Assembly (NCBI GenBank): GCA_965195285.1
Contig: CBDAFS010000012.1
Span: forward strand, 32,001 to 96,000
Direction: 5' to 3'
Length of the DNA stretch: 64,000 nt
Source of the DNA: an uncultured Aminicenantes bacterium
GTDB lineage: Bacteria > Acidobacteriota > Aminicenantia > UBA2199
The notes under the pieces are model-generated. The model saw only the letters and a program-made list of their open reading frames with translations, ran no database searches and was not told where the DNA came from. How positions within the stretch are numbered: position 1 is the first letter of the stretch; each line of letters opens with the position of its first letter. Position numbers and translations under genes: made by a program. Of this stretch, positions 38,583 to 49,196 are shown piece after piece.

Positions 38583-39641
38583 CTAAAGTAAATTTTCCCG
38601 GATATGGTTCAATATCTCATCAGGTGTGGGAACAATTCCTCCGGTTCGACCGTAGAAATGAACAGGTTTCTGTCCATTTACCGATAACCTGACATCTTCT
38701 ACCATTTGTCCGGCATTCATCTCAATAGAAATGAAGAATCGGGTCTGGGGGCGTCCGGCCAGCTCCTCAATTGGCTTTTCCGGGTAGGGCCATAGGGTAA
38801 TGGGTCTGAAAAGTCCCATTTTTATTCCCTCACTCCGGGCCGTATCCACAACCTTTTTGGAGATTCTCGAGCACAATCCGAAGCTTACGATCACAAATTC
38901 GGCATCTTCCAGCTTGTATTCCTCATATCGGACCTCGTTCTCCTTTATTTTTTTATACTTTTCCTGCAGTTTCAAATTGACTTTTTCCATCACTTCGGCC
39001 TGGATAAAAAGAGAAGTAATGATGTTCCTTTCCCGGTTTGATGTTTTTCCGGTAGTGGCCCAGGGTTTGTCGGGTGTGTAGGGGATCGGATCGGGAAGCA
39101 CCACCTTTTCCATCATCTGACCGATGGCGCCATCGGATAACAGCATGGCCGGGGTCCTGTATTGATCTGCCAGTTTAAAGGCCAGGAAGATATGGTCCAC
39201 CATTTCCTGGACCGAGTTGGGCGCAAGTACAATTAAATGGTAATCTCCGTGTCCTCCTCCTTTGACTGCCTGGAAATAATCGCTCTGACTGGGCTGGATG
39301 GTCCCCAATCCCGGGCCGCCTCGGGTAACATTGGCAAAGACACAAGGAAGTTCTGCACAGGCAATGTATGAAACCCCTTCCTGCATCAATGAAAATCCGG
39401 GAGAAGAGGTGGTGGTCATGACCCGGGCACCGGCAGCGGCGGCCCCGTAAACCATATTTACCGATGCCACTTCGCTTTCCGCCTGAATCAATACGTAATT
39501 GTAGTTGGGTTCCTGCATGGCCAGATATTCCACCACTTCGGATTGAGGCGTGATGGGATACCCGAAATAAGCCTGAAGACCGGAACGAATCGCTGCTTCC
39601 CCGAGGGCTTCGTTTCCTTTCATAAATCTTGTTTCAGCCAA
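38583..39641 (-). CDS. vorB: 2-oxoacid:ferredoxin oxidoreductase alpha subunit (ketoisovalerate VorB type)
   Basis: KGNEA, GYPITPQSE, QAESE, SSPG.SL, GGGHGDY, EMNAGQM; TTG start. Confidence 0.9.
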   Translation of the reverse strand: MAETRFMKGNEALGEAAIRSGLQAYFGYPITPQSEVVEYLAMQEPNYNYVLIQAESEVASVNMVYGAAAAGARVMTTTSSPGFSLMQEGVSYIACAELPCVFANVTRGGPGLGTIQPSQSDYFQAVKGGGHGDYHLIVLAPNSVQEMVDHIFLAFKLADQYRTPAMLLSDGAIGQMMEKVVLPDPIPYTPDKPWATTGKTSNRERNIITSLFIQAEVMEKVNLKLQEKYKKIKENEVRYEEYKLEDAEFVIVSFGLCSRISKKVVDTARSEGIKMGLFRPITLWPYPEKPIEELAGRPQTRFFISIEMNAGQMVEDVRLSVNGQKPVHFYGRTGGIVPTPDEILNHIRENLL

Positions 39642-39764
39642 TTTTTCCTCCGTTAAAAAACATTCTATCTGAATCAGATAATTTGCGAAAAAGTAAAATC
39701 AATGATGAGGAAATAACTCCGTTGAATGTCGGTGAATAGGTAGCATAATTTCAGGGAGAAGACA

Positions 39765-39989
39765 TTAACTGACTTTTTTGAAAACAGTGATGGCTGCATC
39801 AGGACATATGATGGCACAGTTTTGGCAGGCAATACATTTCTCTTCATCAGCCAGATAGGCGTAATGCAGTCCGTAATTGTTGGTATCCGATGTGTTCAGG
39901 GCCAGGCATTCGGTTGGACAGTGCAAGACACAGAGATTGCAGCCCTTGCATGTTTCAACGGAAATTTCAACATATCCTTTGGCAGGCAT
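39765..39989 (-). CDS. 2[4Fe-4S] ferredoxin / delta subunit
   Basis: CKGCNLC...CP and CIACQNC...CP; start MPAKG after GGAGGA. Confidence 0.9.
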   Translation of the reverse strand: MPAKGYVEISVETCKGCNLCVLHCPTECLALNTSDTNNYGLHYAYLADEEKCIACQNCAIICPDAAITVFKKVS

Positions 39990-40100
39990 GTCTTCCTCCT
40001 TATTAAATATATTTTTAACATTTTTTCCAGGAGATTTCAAGTTTAAAAACCCAAAAATATAATTATTTCACGGGCTGAGGTTTTCCTGAATGAATGACTG

Positions 40101-41819
40101 CTACGGATTGGGGGGGCGCTTGGTACGATCAATGATATTGGTAAAGGGAAAGGGGATTTCAATGCCTTTTTGGTCAAAGGTTTTTTTAATACGGGTTTTT
40201 ATTTCACGGTCAATACCCCATTGTTTGCCGGGAACGGTTTTGGCCAGGATACGGAAATTGATGGACGAATCCCCGAATGACAGAATACCCTGCGGAACCG
40301 GTTCTTCGATTAACAGGGGATGCCACTCCCGGTCCTCATAAATATCGTGACATATTTGTTTTAATACAGACAGCACATTTTCACTGCTCTCATTATAACT
40401 TACTCCAACTTCAATGACGGCTCGGGACCACTGATGGGTGAGGTTCGATACATTGGTAATGCTGCCGTTGCGTATAATATGCAGGGTTCCGTTCAAAGAC
40501 CGGAGCCGGATGGTACGCAGAGAGATATTCTCCACCGAACCGCTTTTTCCGTCAATCTCCGCCACGTCACCTAGGGCCAGCTGTTCCTCCATGAGCATGA
40601 AGAAACCGGCCACAATATCCTTTACCAGTGATTGGGCACCGAAACCAATGGCCAGCGAGACACCTCCTGCGGCCAACAGGAAGGGAGCATAGTCAATGTT
40701 CAGTTCACCCAGTACCCACAGAACGGCCAGAACCCATAGGGTAATCTTGATGATGGAGAGAGTGATGGAGAACAGGGTCTGGTAACGTTGTTTTCGGTGG
40801 CCGGAGATGCCTGTATTCAGATCGATTCTTTTGATTATTCGTTTTCCCATCTGTCGGAAAATCCTGATCAACAGGACAACCAGAAAAAAGGCAATGATGA
40901 TGATGATAATCCCCTTCAGTATTTTTTTCTGGAAATCATTTTGCCGTTGTTTTTTCAGAGAGGTAATTTCCCTTTTTATATCTTGGCTTTTTTGCTTGAA
41001 GGTGTCTATCCGGTTTTCGGACAAATAGATGAAGGTTCTGGTGGTATTCAACCGGGGGATTTCCAGGCCGTTCAGGCGGATTTCCCTGACCTGAGCGGCA
41101 GTCCGGTGCAGCAGCTGTTCGAAGGCATTCTTTGAAAGTTTTGATTTGATTTTTGATTCCCGAATTTCAGCGGTCTTTTCTTCTATTTTTGCTTCCTGTT
41201 CTTTTTGACGGTTTCCCAGGCCTGCCAGTTTTTTGGTCTCACTTTCCAGATCATTGGACAGGATAACCTGTTTTTCCTCCAGCCTTTTGATTCGGGTAGA
41301 GATATTGATGACCTGATTGCCCCTCTGATCGATCTCCTTTTTTTCTTTATCAATTTCATTGGCCCTGTCCAGGGCCCGGACCCTTTCCTGTTCATTTTCC
41401 AGTCTGTTGATCAACAGGGCGATATGATTGATTTCCTTTTGAATGAGCAGGATACTGTTCTCACCGTCTCCGGAGAATTGTCCGAATTTTGACATGATTC
41501 GGTTTCGATGCTCCGGGTGTTCTTGGAAATATTTTAATAAAAAAGGAAAAATCTGGTCCTCTACCAGATTATAACGGTCGATGAGCAGGTTGAATTTTCT
41601 CTTGTTGAAATCGATACGCTCGATCAACTGGTTGGTTCTCTCCAATTTTTCGAATTCGGGAAATTTATTGGGTGCATATTCATCCAGGGTCAATACCTGG
41701 TTCTTCAATTCCCGCAGTTTCAATTCCATTTTTTGGAGCTCCCCGGGAATCCAGCTCTGGGGGAAGAGAATAACGCCGGTCAGTAATAAGCCCAAAAAAG
41801 TTGCTTGTCTTTTTTTCAT
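40101..41819 (-). CDS. MscS-family mechanosensitive channel with long N-terminal periplasmic coiled coil
   Basis: AIGFGAQSLVKD...GFF, G.VE.I.LR, FGDSSI, GIEIPFP; signal peptide and about 270 aa of coiled coil. Confidence 0.9.
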   Translation of the reverse strand: MKKRQATFLGLLLTGVILFPQSWIPGELQKMELKLRELKNQVLTLDEYAPNKFPEFEKLERTNQLIERIDFNKRKFNLLIDRYNLVEDQIFPFLLKYFQEHPEHRNRIMSKFGQFSGDGENSILLIQKEINHIALLINRLENEQERVRALDRANEIDKEKKEIDQRGNQVINISTRIKRLEEKQVILSNDLESETKKLAGLGNRQKEQEAKIEEKTAEIRESKIKSKLSKNAFEQLLHRTAAQVREIRLNGLEIPRLNTTRTFIYLSENRIDTFKQKSQDIKREITSLKKQRQNDFQKKILKGIIIIIIAFFLVVLLIRIFRQMGKRIIKRIDLNTGISGHRKQRYQTLFSITLSIIKITLWVLAVLWVLGELNIDYAPFLLAAGGVSLAIGFGAQSLVKDIVAGFFMLMEEQLALGDVAEIDGKSGSVENISLRTIRLRSLNGTLHIIRNGSITNVSNLTHQWSRAVIEVGVSYNESSENVLSVLKQICHDIYEDREWHPLLIEEPVPQGILSFGDSSINFRILAKTVPGKQWGIDREIKTRIKKTFDQKGIEIPFPFTNIIDRTKRPPNP

Positions 41820-42030
41820 TTTAATGTCCTCTCAATGATAATGAATTTTTATCAACCACTTGTTGATCGGTCCGGTACCCGAGCCGCACCATCTATGGGA
41901 AATTATATATCTATTTCCGGTAAAAAACAATAAAAAGTGGCAAGTGTTCCACTGCCTGAACCAATATTGTTGGGTCTGCGTAGCAATTATAGAAAACATA
42001 TGGGATAATAGTGAATGACCAGGAGGTTAA

Positions 42031-43374
42031 ATGAAACCAAAAAAGGACATGAAGCGTCGTGGTTTTTTGAAACATTCGGTATTCGGCATGGCCGGATTGG
42101 GTTTGTTGTCCGGTCCGACCGGTTTGAAATGTAATCAGGTCTCTGCAGACCTGAAACCGGAGCCGAAAATTCGGGAGTACCGTACCTTGGGGAGAACCGG
42201 GTTCAGGGTGTCGGATATAGGGGGTGGATTTCTTAAAGATGCGGGTTTGATCAAGGCCATGTTAACATCCGGGGTAAACTATATTGATACGGCCGAGAGC
42301 TACGGCAACCAGAAGGTTATCGGGGAGTCAATCCGGGATTTTGACCGAAAGAAAATATTTATCACCTCTAAACTGGAAATCAAGGAAGATGTCTCCAAGG
42401 AGGGATTCCTGAAGCGGACCCATACATGTCTTGAAGAATTGCAGACCGATTATATCGACTGCATGATGATGCACATGCCCGAGAAGCGTGAAACCCTGAA
42501 AACCGAGGGATTTCATGCTGCCATGGAACAGTTGAAGAAAGAGGGACGCATCCGTTTTGTGGGTGTATCCCATCACGGATCATTCTGGTTTCTCGATCCC
42601 GAAGAATCCATGGAAAATGTGCTCCTGGAGGCCGCTGCAGACGGGCGTTTTGATCTCATGCTGCTGGCCTACAATTTTCTCAAAATGGATGGCGGGCAGA
42701 AGGTTCTGGAGGTCTGCCAGCAAAAACAAATCGGAACCGCCCTGATGAAAACCAAACCGGTTAACACCTACCATAAAATTAAGTCACGGGTTGAGCAGTT
42801 GAAAAAAGAGGGTGAGAAAGTTCATGAACTCTATATGAAAGGGTTGGAACGGTATCAGAAAATAGCCCAGGGTGCCGAGGATTTCATCCGCAAGTATCAC
42901 TTGTCAAATCCGGAGGACATTCGCAATGCAGCGGTTTGTTTTGTGCTCAGCGAGCCCCGGGTCAATACCGTGTGTTGTTCGATGCGAAATTTTGAAGACC
43001 TGGAAAGATTTGTTGGCCTGTCCGGACAGCGTCTGACCGGGAATGACCGGAAAATGCTGGCCGCTTATCAGACTCATTGCGGCCAGCTCTACTGCCGTCA
43101 TGCCTGCGGACGCTGTGAGCCTGTTTGCCCACGGCAGGTCCCGGTCAATACCATCATGCGCTATGATCATTATTTTGTAGCCCAAGGCCGAGAAAAGGAA
43201 GCCATGGAATATTATGCCGCCATCCCCGGTAATAAAGCCGATAGCTGCCTGGAATGTTCCGGTTATTGCGAGGAGGCCTGTCCCTACGGGGTACCCATTC
43301 AGGGTATGCTGTGCATGGCCCATGAGAATTTATCCCTATCCCCTTTTTCCAAGGTGGGGAGTGTCAATTTTTGA
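42031..43374 (+). CDS. Aldo/keto reductase with Tat signal and C-terminal Fe-S dicluster
   Basis: KRRGFLK, RTLGRTG, IDTAESY, YCRHACGRCEPVCP, CLECSGYCEEACP. Confidence 0.88.
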   Translation: MKPKKDMKRRGFLKHSVFGMAGLGLLSGPTGLKCNQVSADLKPEPKIREYRTLGRTGFRVSDIGGGFLKDAGLIKAMLTSGVNYIDTAESYGNQKVIGESIRDFDRKKIFITSKLEIKEDVSKEGFLKRTHTCLEELQTDYIDCMMMHMPEKRETLKTEGFHAAMEQLKKEGRIRFVGVSHHGSFWFLDPEESMENVLLEAAADGRFDLMLLAYNFLKMDGGQKVLEVCQQKQIGTALMKTKPVNTYHKIKSRVEQLKKEGEKVHELYMKGLERYQKIAQGAEDFIRKYHLSNPEDIRNAAVCFVLSEPRVNTVCCSMRNFEDLERFVGLSGQRLTGNDRKMLAAYQTHCGQLYCRHACGRCEPVCPRQVPVNTIMRYDHYFVAQGREKEAMEYYAAIPGNKADSCLECSGYCEEACPYGVPIQGMLCMAHENLSLSPFSKVGSVNF

Positions 43375-43375
43375 C

Positions 43376-43405
43376 TTGACATTTGGAATTTTGATCACTT
43401 ATAAT
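43376..43405 (+). promoter_or_regulatory. sigma70-type promoter
   Basis: TTGACA-18-TATAAT; AAGGAG RBS follows. Confidence 0.65.
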
Positions 43406-43422
43406 ATCCCAAGGAGAGTCAA

Positions 43423-43848
43423 ATGAAAAAATATTCACTATTGATCGTTTTTATTATTGGTGTCTCCTTTTTTATAAGCGCCCAGGAACCGGTTCTCAAC
43501 CTGGGCAAGATTTACTTTCCCAGCTCATTTGTCCATGCCCAAAAAGACTATCAAAAAGGTACATACAGGGTTTTCCTGGCCACCACGGGTGAAGTTCCCT
43601 ATTTTAAAGTCTTTAACCGCAAGAATGAGTTTCTATTTGAAGAGATGGCCATTGTCAAACCGTACACGGGAAAGTATAAGAAATTCAAATACAGGCTGAA
43701 AAAAGGAGTATTAAGGGGATATGAGTACTTCAGAATACGGGTGACCCGGCCGGATAATATTTATCTGGCATTTTTCTTTTTGAAAAAAAGAGTTGTCAAG
43801 GAAGAGAAACCCAAGAAGCCCCCGGAAGATAAATCAGCCACTGACTAA
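43423..43848 (+). CDS. Hypothetical secreted protein
   Basis: Promoter, RBS, signal peptide ending ISA-Q. Confidence 0.75.
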   Translation: MKKYSLLIVFIIGVSFFISAQEPVLNLGKIYFPSSFVHAQKDYQKGTYRVFLATTGEVPYFKVFNRKNEFLFEEMAIVKPYTGKYKKFKYRLKKGVLRGYEYFRIRVTRPDNIYLAFFFLKKRVVKEEKPKKPPEDKSATD

Positions 43849-46172
43849 TTGTCTTTGGTGGTATTGTCGGTGTAATAATAATCAACTATTCTGGACCGGT
43901 CCTCTTCAGTACAGAATTCAAGGGGTTCGGTGCCGGTCAGAAATGACTCCATAAAAGGATACAGACAATCCGGTGTGAGTAACGTGCCGGTATATTTATC
44001 AATTTCGACCATGATCACACCCGATGGTTTCCTGAACTGCTGGGTCTCATCATATGTTTCCAGGTATTTTTCCATGAATTTCACAAATACGGGACAGGCA
44101 GCCTGGGAGCCGGTTTCCTTATCACCCAGGGTTCTTTTGATATCGAATCCAACCCAGACCCCGACAGTGATGGAGGGGGCGAAGCCGATAAACCAGGCAT
44201 CGGTATAATCGTCGGTGGTCCCGGTTTTACCGCCGATGGGAGCTTTCAGCCATTTGGCCCGCCAGCCGGTCCCGCTTTTAACCACCCCGCGCATTAGATA
44301 ATTCATCAGGAACGCCGTATCCTGTTCAAGTGCCTGTTTGCGGTCCGGGAAATTTTCTTCGATGAGGTTGTTGTTCTGATCCCGGATGGCTCTGATCAGG
44401 TAGGGATTGACCCGGATTCCCAGGTTGGGAAATACTGTATAGGCAGCCACCATTTCATTTAAAGTGACCTCAAAAACCCCAAGGGAAATGGCCATATAGG
44501 GTTTGATATCCGAGGTGATCCCGAATTTCCTGGCATATTCGACGATTTTTTCCGGACCCAGTTGCTCTACAATCCGGGCGGTACAGGCATTTCTGGATAA
44601 TTCGAATGCTCTCCTCAGGGTCAGGGGGCCCTTGAAACTCTTGTCTTCATTCTGGGGTTCCCATAACTCGTTCTGCCACTCGTCAAAGTAGGCAAAGGGT
44701 TCATCTTCGATGATGGTTGCCGGGGTGTAGCCGTTTTCCAGGGCAGCCGTATATACGATCGGTTTGAAGGTGGAACCGGTTTGACGAAGGGCCTGCGTGG
44801 CATTGTTCCACTTACTTTTTTCAAAGGAGTAGCCACCCACCATAGCCTTTATTTCTCCGGTCTTATTTTCCACCACCAGTATGGCGCCCTGTACTTCGGG
44901 CTCCTGTTCCAGGCCCAGATTCAGGGTTTTGGTTTTCTCATCGATATCCAGTATCTTGAAGAGTGTCACGTCCCCCTTTTTTAAAATCCGGTTCAGGGAT
45001 TTCCGGGTCCAGGCCGCATCGGCAGCCTTCAGCTGCCCTTGACGGGTGTCCACTCGAATGATTGCCTGGCGGCTGTTGACACTGAGCACAATACCGCTGA
45101 CGATATGGTCTTTTTCGAATTTCAGGTTTTTCCAGTCCGGGAGGACGTGCTCATTGATATCGAGTTGATTTTGCAGCAGATTGAATAGTTTATGATCCGT
45201 ACGCCATCCCCTTCGTTTGCTCAAATTCCTCAGACCTTCCCTCAACGATGCCTCGGCCAATTTTTGCATCTCGGAATTCAGGGTGCTGTAAACTTTTAAT
45301 CCTCCCTGGTAGAGGAGGATCTCACCGAACTTGGTTTCGATATATTTTCGGGTTTCCTCAAGGAAGTAATCGCCGATGGATTCTTTGACGGTTTCATGGG
45401 GCTCGCCGGGAAGTTCCTCCTTGATAGCCAGGTCATATTGGTTGCGGTCAATATAGTTGAGAAAAAGCATTCGCTGCAGTATCTGGTTTCTTTTTACCCG
45501 GCAGTTTTCAGGATTGGTAAACACATTGAAGAGCCGGTTGGGATTAGGATTGATGGCTGCCAGTAGAGTGGCTTCGGAAACGGTGATATCCTTGATGTGT
45601 TTTCCGAAGTAATACTGGGAGGCCGCTTCGACCCCGTAAACACTGGCCCCGAGAAAGATTTTATTCAGGTAGAAACTCAGAATTTGATCCTTGGAATATT
45701 TTCTCTCGATCTGAATGGCCAGCAGCATTTCGTTGAATTTCCGGGAAACGGATACTTCACGGGTCAGGAATAGATCCCTGGCTAACTGCTGGGTGATCGA
45801 ACTGCCTCCGCCCTTTCTTTTTCCGAAAATGATTCCGGTTATGGCCCGGAAAACACCCTTGAAATTAATGCCCCAGTGGGAATAAAATTCCTTGTCTTCG
45901 GCGGCCACGAAGGCTTCCTTGACGATATCCGGTATTTCGGAACTTTTCAGCACTTTTCTTTTCTCAATTGCAAATTCCTTGATCAGCATGCCCTTGTCAT
46001 TGTAAACAGTGGTCATGACCACCGGCTTAATATCTTCAAGGTTTTTGATCTGGTTGGGAAATCCCTTCTGGTAAACCAGAATGATTCCGACCAGGGAACC
46101 GATCAGCATGGTGAATACAATGCTGAGGAAAAACAGAATGATTTTCAGGTTTTTTAAAAGAAAATATTTCAT
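43845..46172 (-). CDS. mrcA: Class A penicillin-binding protein 1A
   Basis: AED..F..H.G, GGSSITQQL, RK..E, YLN transglycosylase motifs; STFK, SRN, KTG transpeptidase motifs. Confidence 0.92.
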   Translation of the reverse strand: MKYFLLKNLKIILFFLSIVFTMLIGSLVGIILVYQKGFPNQIKNLEDIKPVVMTTVYNDKGMLIKEFAIEKRKVLKSSEIPDIVKEAFVAAEDKEFYSHWGINFKGVFRAITGIIFGKRKGGGSSITQQLARDLFLTREVSVSRKFNEMLLAIQIERKYSKDQILSFYLNKIFLGASVYGVEAASQYYFGKHIKDITVSEATLLAAINPNPNRLFNVFTNPENCRVKRNQILQRMLFLNYIDRNQYDLAIKEELPGEPHETVKESIGDYFLEETRKYIETKFGEILLYQGGLKVYSTLNSEMQKLAEASLREGLRNLSKRRGWRTDHKLFNLLQNQLDINEHVLPDWKNLKFEKDHIVSGIVLSVNSRQAIIRVDTRQGQLKAADAAWTRKSLNRILKKGDVTLFKILDIDEKTKTLNLGLEQEPEVQGAILVVENKTGEIKAMVGGYSFEKSKWNNATQALRQTGSTFKPIVYTAALENGYTPATIIEDEPFAYFDEWQNELWEPQNEDKSFKGPLTLRRAFELSRNACTARIVEQLGPEKIVEYARKFGITSDIKPYMAISLGVFEVTLNEMVAAYTVFPNLGIRVNPYLIRAIRDQNNNLIEENFPDRKQALEQDTAFLMNYLMRGVVKSGTGWRAKWLKAPIGGKTGTTDDYTDAWFIGFAPSITVGVWVGFDIKRTLGDKETGSQAACPVFVKFMEKYLETYDETQQFRKPSGVIMVEIDKYTGTLLTPDCLYPFMESFLTGTEPLEFCTEEDRSRIVDYYYTDNTTKDN

Positions 46173-46261
46173 ATTCTATTTGATAGTATAACACAGCCGC
46201 AGGTTTTAGAAAAGTATCCCGGCCCGGGAAGGCCGTGAGGGCCTGAAAGACACCGGCTTTT

Positions 46262-47254
46262 TCAGGGGAGGGTGCGGAGGAAACTGCGCTTGGCGATTTC
46301 GGCCAGTAAAAATATGATCAGGGCGATCAGGATAAAATAGGGGTAGAGATCCCGGGCCCGGGAGTATTTTTTGGTAGAGACTTCGGATTTCTCCCAGCGA
46401 TTGATTTCGGAGAATACCTGCTGCAGTGAATCCTTGTCTGTAGCCCGAAAATAGAGGCCGCCGGTGTCGTTAGCAATCTGCTGCAACAGGGCCTCATCGA
46501 TCTCCACGTTTACCATGATGTACTGTCTGCGGCCGAACTGATCGGTAATGGGAAACCGGGCTTCTCCTCTTTTACCCACCCCGATGGCATACACTTTGAT
46601 GTTGAAATCCCTGGCAATTTTGGCTGCATCCCGCGGATCGATTTCCCCCCGGTTGTTGACTCCGTCGGTCAGCAGGATAATGATTTTGGTTTTGGTCTTG
46701 GCATGGCGTATCCGGTTGACCGAGGTGGCCAGGGCCATACCCAGGGCCGTACCGTCTTCCAGCTCTCCGATGGAGGTTTCCCTTAGTACATATCTAAGTA
46801 ATTCGTAATCAATGGTCAGTGGACACTTGGTGTAGGAGGTGCCGGCAAAAATCACCAGCCCGATCCGGTCGTTTTGTCGCTCATTGATAAAATTGGATAT
46901 GACATCCTTGGCCACTTCCAGTCGGTTCTTGGGTTTGAAGTCTATCGAGGCCATGGAACCGGAAATGTCCAGGGTAATAAGGATATCAATCCCCTGCTTC
47001 TTTTCAATCTGATAATAATTCATCAGCTGGGGCCTGGCCAGAGCCAGGATGAATAAGACCAGGGCCAACAGTTTGAAGAAAAATAAATTTTTGGTCAGGC
47101 GCACTTTCAGGGACTGGCTGGAATCTGCCAGCAGTTTCTTGGAGGAAAAGAAAACAAAGCGTTTTCCCCTTTTTTGCATGAGGAAATGCCAGTAGATCAG
47201 CACCGGGACCATGATCAGCCCGATTAAAACAAGTTTATTGTGCCATTGAAACAT
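46262..47254 (-). CDS. batA: BatA-like VWA domain membrane protein
   Basis: LARPQ, DISGSM MIDAS, PLT.D, GTA.G, LLTDG.NN.G, TGG.YFRA. Confidence 0.88.
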   Translation of the reverse strand: MFQWHNKLVLIGLIMVPVLIYWHFLMQKRGKRFVFFSSKKLLADSSQSLKVRLTKNLFFFKLLALVLFILALARPQLMNYYQIEKKQGIDILITLDISGSMASIDFKPKNRLEVAKDVISNFINERQNDRIGLVIFAGTSYTKCPLTIDYELLRYVLRETSIGELEDGTALGMALATSVNRIRHAKTKTKIIILLTDGVNNRGEIDPRDAAKIARDFNIKVYAIGVGKRGEARFPITDQFGRRQYIMVNVEIDEALLQQIANDTGGLYFRATDKDSLQQVFSEINRWEKSEVSTKKYSRARDLYPYFILIALIIFLLAEIAKRSFLRTLP

Positions 47255-48173
47255 CTTGGTCTTTATTTTCCTCGATTACGATGGCTTTTTGTATTGATAT
47301 GATGGACTCGATCCCGGACTTTACTGCTTCAAGATCCGAGGAACCCGGCCGGAATTTGGCAAATTTCACCAGATCCGCTGTGGCGAATATAAATTCAAGG
47401 TTCTGTTGGATGGTGGTATTTTCTTCATTACGCTCCACATACATCATGGTTTCGGCAGTGGTCAGATCCTCGGCATTGAATCCGTATTCCCGTTGGAGAT
47501 AATTTTTGATTATTTCGGTTAAGGCGATGAAAAATTGTTTTGCCCGGCCTTTTTCAAGCCAATTCTTTTTGAATAGTTCACTGATGGATGATTCCAGTTC
47601 TTCCAGGGGAGAGAGAAGGAGTAGGGGCCTGGATTTTGTCTGTTGCTTTTTCTTGCGGATAAACAGGAAAATTAAAACCACCAGTAAACCCAGGGCCAGA
47701 AGTAAAAAGGCATACTTTAAGACATAAAACGGATTGCCCCGAATGGAAATCAAGTCCTTGATATCCTTGATGTCTTGATCTGATTTTTCCAATACGGATT
47801 TTATTTTGATATCCAGTGAATTGGTCGTTTTTTCCTCAACAATTTTGTGATCTCGGATCGTTTTTACCCGAAAGGGCCCGATGGTATGATTCCCGGTTGA
47901 AAAAAAAGAGACCACCTCATGGATTTCGAATACGGTGTGCTCCCTGGATTTCCGGCCGGGGAAATGATGCTTTGAAATCGATTCGAAGTTTTTCTCAAGA
48001 ATATCCACTTGGATATTATTGATTTCCAGAGTGGTTTTTACGACAATTTTCAGGGTAATCCGGTCCCCGATGGTGGCGATATTTTCAGATGCGGACAGGG
48101 AAACCTGGAGTTCAGGATACAGCAATCCGGTGGCAAGCAGGAAAAAAAGCAGTAAAGGCAGTATGGTTCTCAT
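47235..48173 (-). CDS. Bat-operon membrane protein (BatD-like N-terminus)
   Basis: Signal peptide, IKDIK before the TM, TT.E, ADLVKFAK; lies between DUF58 and batA. Confidence 0.8.
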   Translation of the reverse strand: MRTILPLLLFFLLATGLLYPELQVSLSASENIATIGDRITLKIVVKTTLEINNIQVDILEKNFESISKHHFPGRKSREHTVFEIHEVVSFFSTGNHTIGPFRVKTIRDHKIVEEKTTNSLDIKIKSVLEKSDQDIKDIKDLISIRGNPFYVLKYAFLLLALGLLVVLIFLFIRKKKQQTKSRPLLLLSPLEELESSISELFKKNWLEKGRAKQFFIALTEIIKNYLQREYGFNAEDLTTAETMMYVERNEENTTIQQNLEFIFATADLVKFAKFRPGSSDLEAVKSGIESIISIQKAIVIEENKDQDVSMAQ

Positions 48174-49051
48174 TTTTGATATTTTTTCTTTCTTCTCAGA
48201 AAGAAATTAAACAGGGGTTTTTCGTAATCTTTTTCCCGGTCAATATTGATGTGATCCACATTGTATTTATTGAAAAGTTCGGTCAGGAAATCACGGTTTC
48301 CATTCAAAATGTCCTGGAATTTCTGCCTGGTTTTTTTTAAAGAAAAATCCGTAAAAAATTCCTGTCCACTTTCACAATCTTTTAAAATGAATAACCCTTT
48401 TTTAGGGGGGACCAATTCCCTCTGATCCGATATGTTAATCGCAATCAGATCATGTTTCTGGCTGGCAATTTTAAGGGATTTGGTAAAACCGCTGTCAATG
48501 AAATCGGATATCAGGAATATGATGGCCTTTTTTTTGATCACCTTGTTTAAATACACCAGACCGTTATCAATGGATGTTCCCTTGCCTTCGGGTTTAAATG
48601 TCAGGATTTCCCGGATGATTCGCAGCAGATGGGTTTTTCCCTTTTTGGGAGGGATGTAGCGTTCGATTTGATGGGTGAATATAAGTAAACCGACCTTATC
48701 GTTGTTGAGCATGGCCGTAAAGGAAATAATGGCCGAGATTTCCGCGGCAATTTCTTTTTTGCTCTTGGCTCCGGAAAAGAATCCAAGGGAGGCAGACAGG
48801 TCAATGGCCAGGATAACGGTTAATTCCCTTTCCTCAACGAATTGCTTGATATATAGCTTTCCCATTCTTGAGGACACATTCCAGTCAATAAAGCGGATAT
48901 CATCCCCGAAGATGTATTCCCTGACCTCCGAAAACTCCATGCCCCGACCCTTGAAGGCCGAGTGGTATTCACCGGCTAGAGTCTCTTTGGAGGATTTTTT
49001 GGAGATGATTTCGATTCTCTTTATTTTTTTAAAAATTTCAGTTGATATCAT
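48170..49051 (-). CDS. DUF58 family protein
   Basis: FKGRGMEFSEVREY..GDDIR.IDWNV, EEREL, DLSAS, ISDF. Confidence 0.92.
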   Translation of the reverse strand: MISTEIFKKIKRIEIISKKSSKETLAGEYHSAFKGRGMEFSEVREYIFGDDIRFIDWNVSSRMGKLYIKQFVEERELTVILAIDLSASLGFFSGAKSKKEIAAEISAIISFTAMLNNDKVGLLIFTHQIERYIPPKKGKTHLLRIIREILTFKPEGKGTSIDNGLVYLNKVIKKKAIIFLISDFIDSGFTKSLKIASQKHDLIAINISDQRELVPPKKGLFILKDCESGQEFFTDFSLKKTRQKFQDILNGNRDFLTELFNKYNVDHINIDREKDYEKPLFNFFLRRKKKYQK

Positions 49052-49196
49052 TACCGATTATTGGCCCCGGGCCGTTAGGCCATTATATAAAAAATTTAAA
49101 AAAAATTCAATCCGGTTATTACTGATTTAAATCCGATTGGATTGGTTTATTTTTCATTTCGGTTGTGTTATAATACCGCTATATAAGGCAGTGGAG

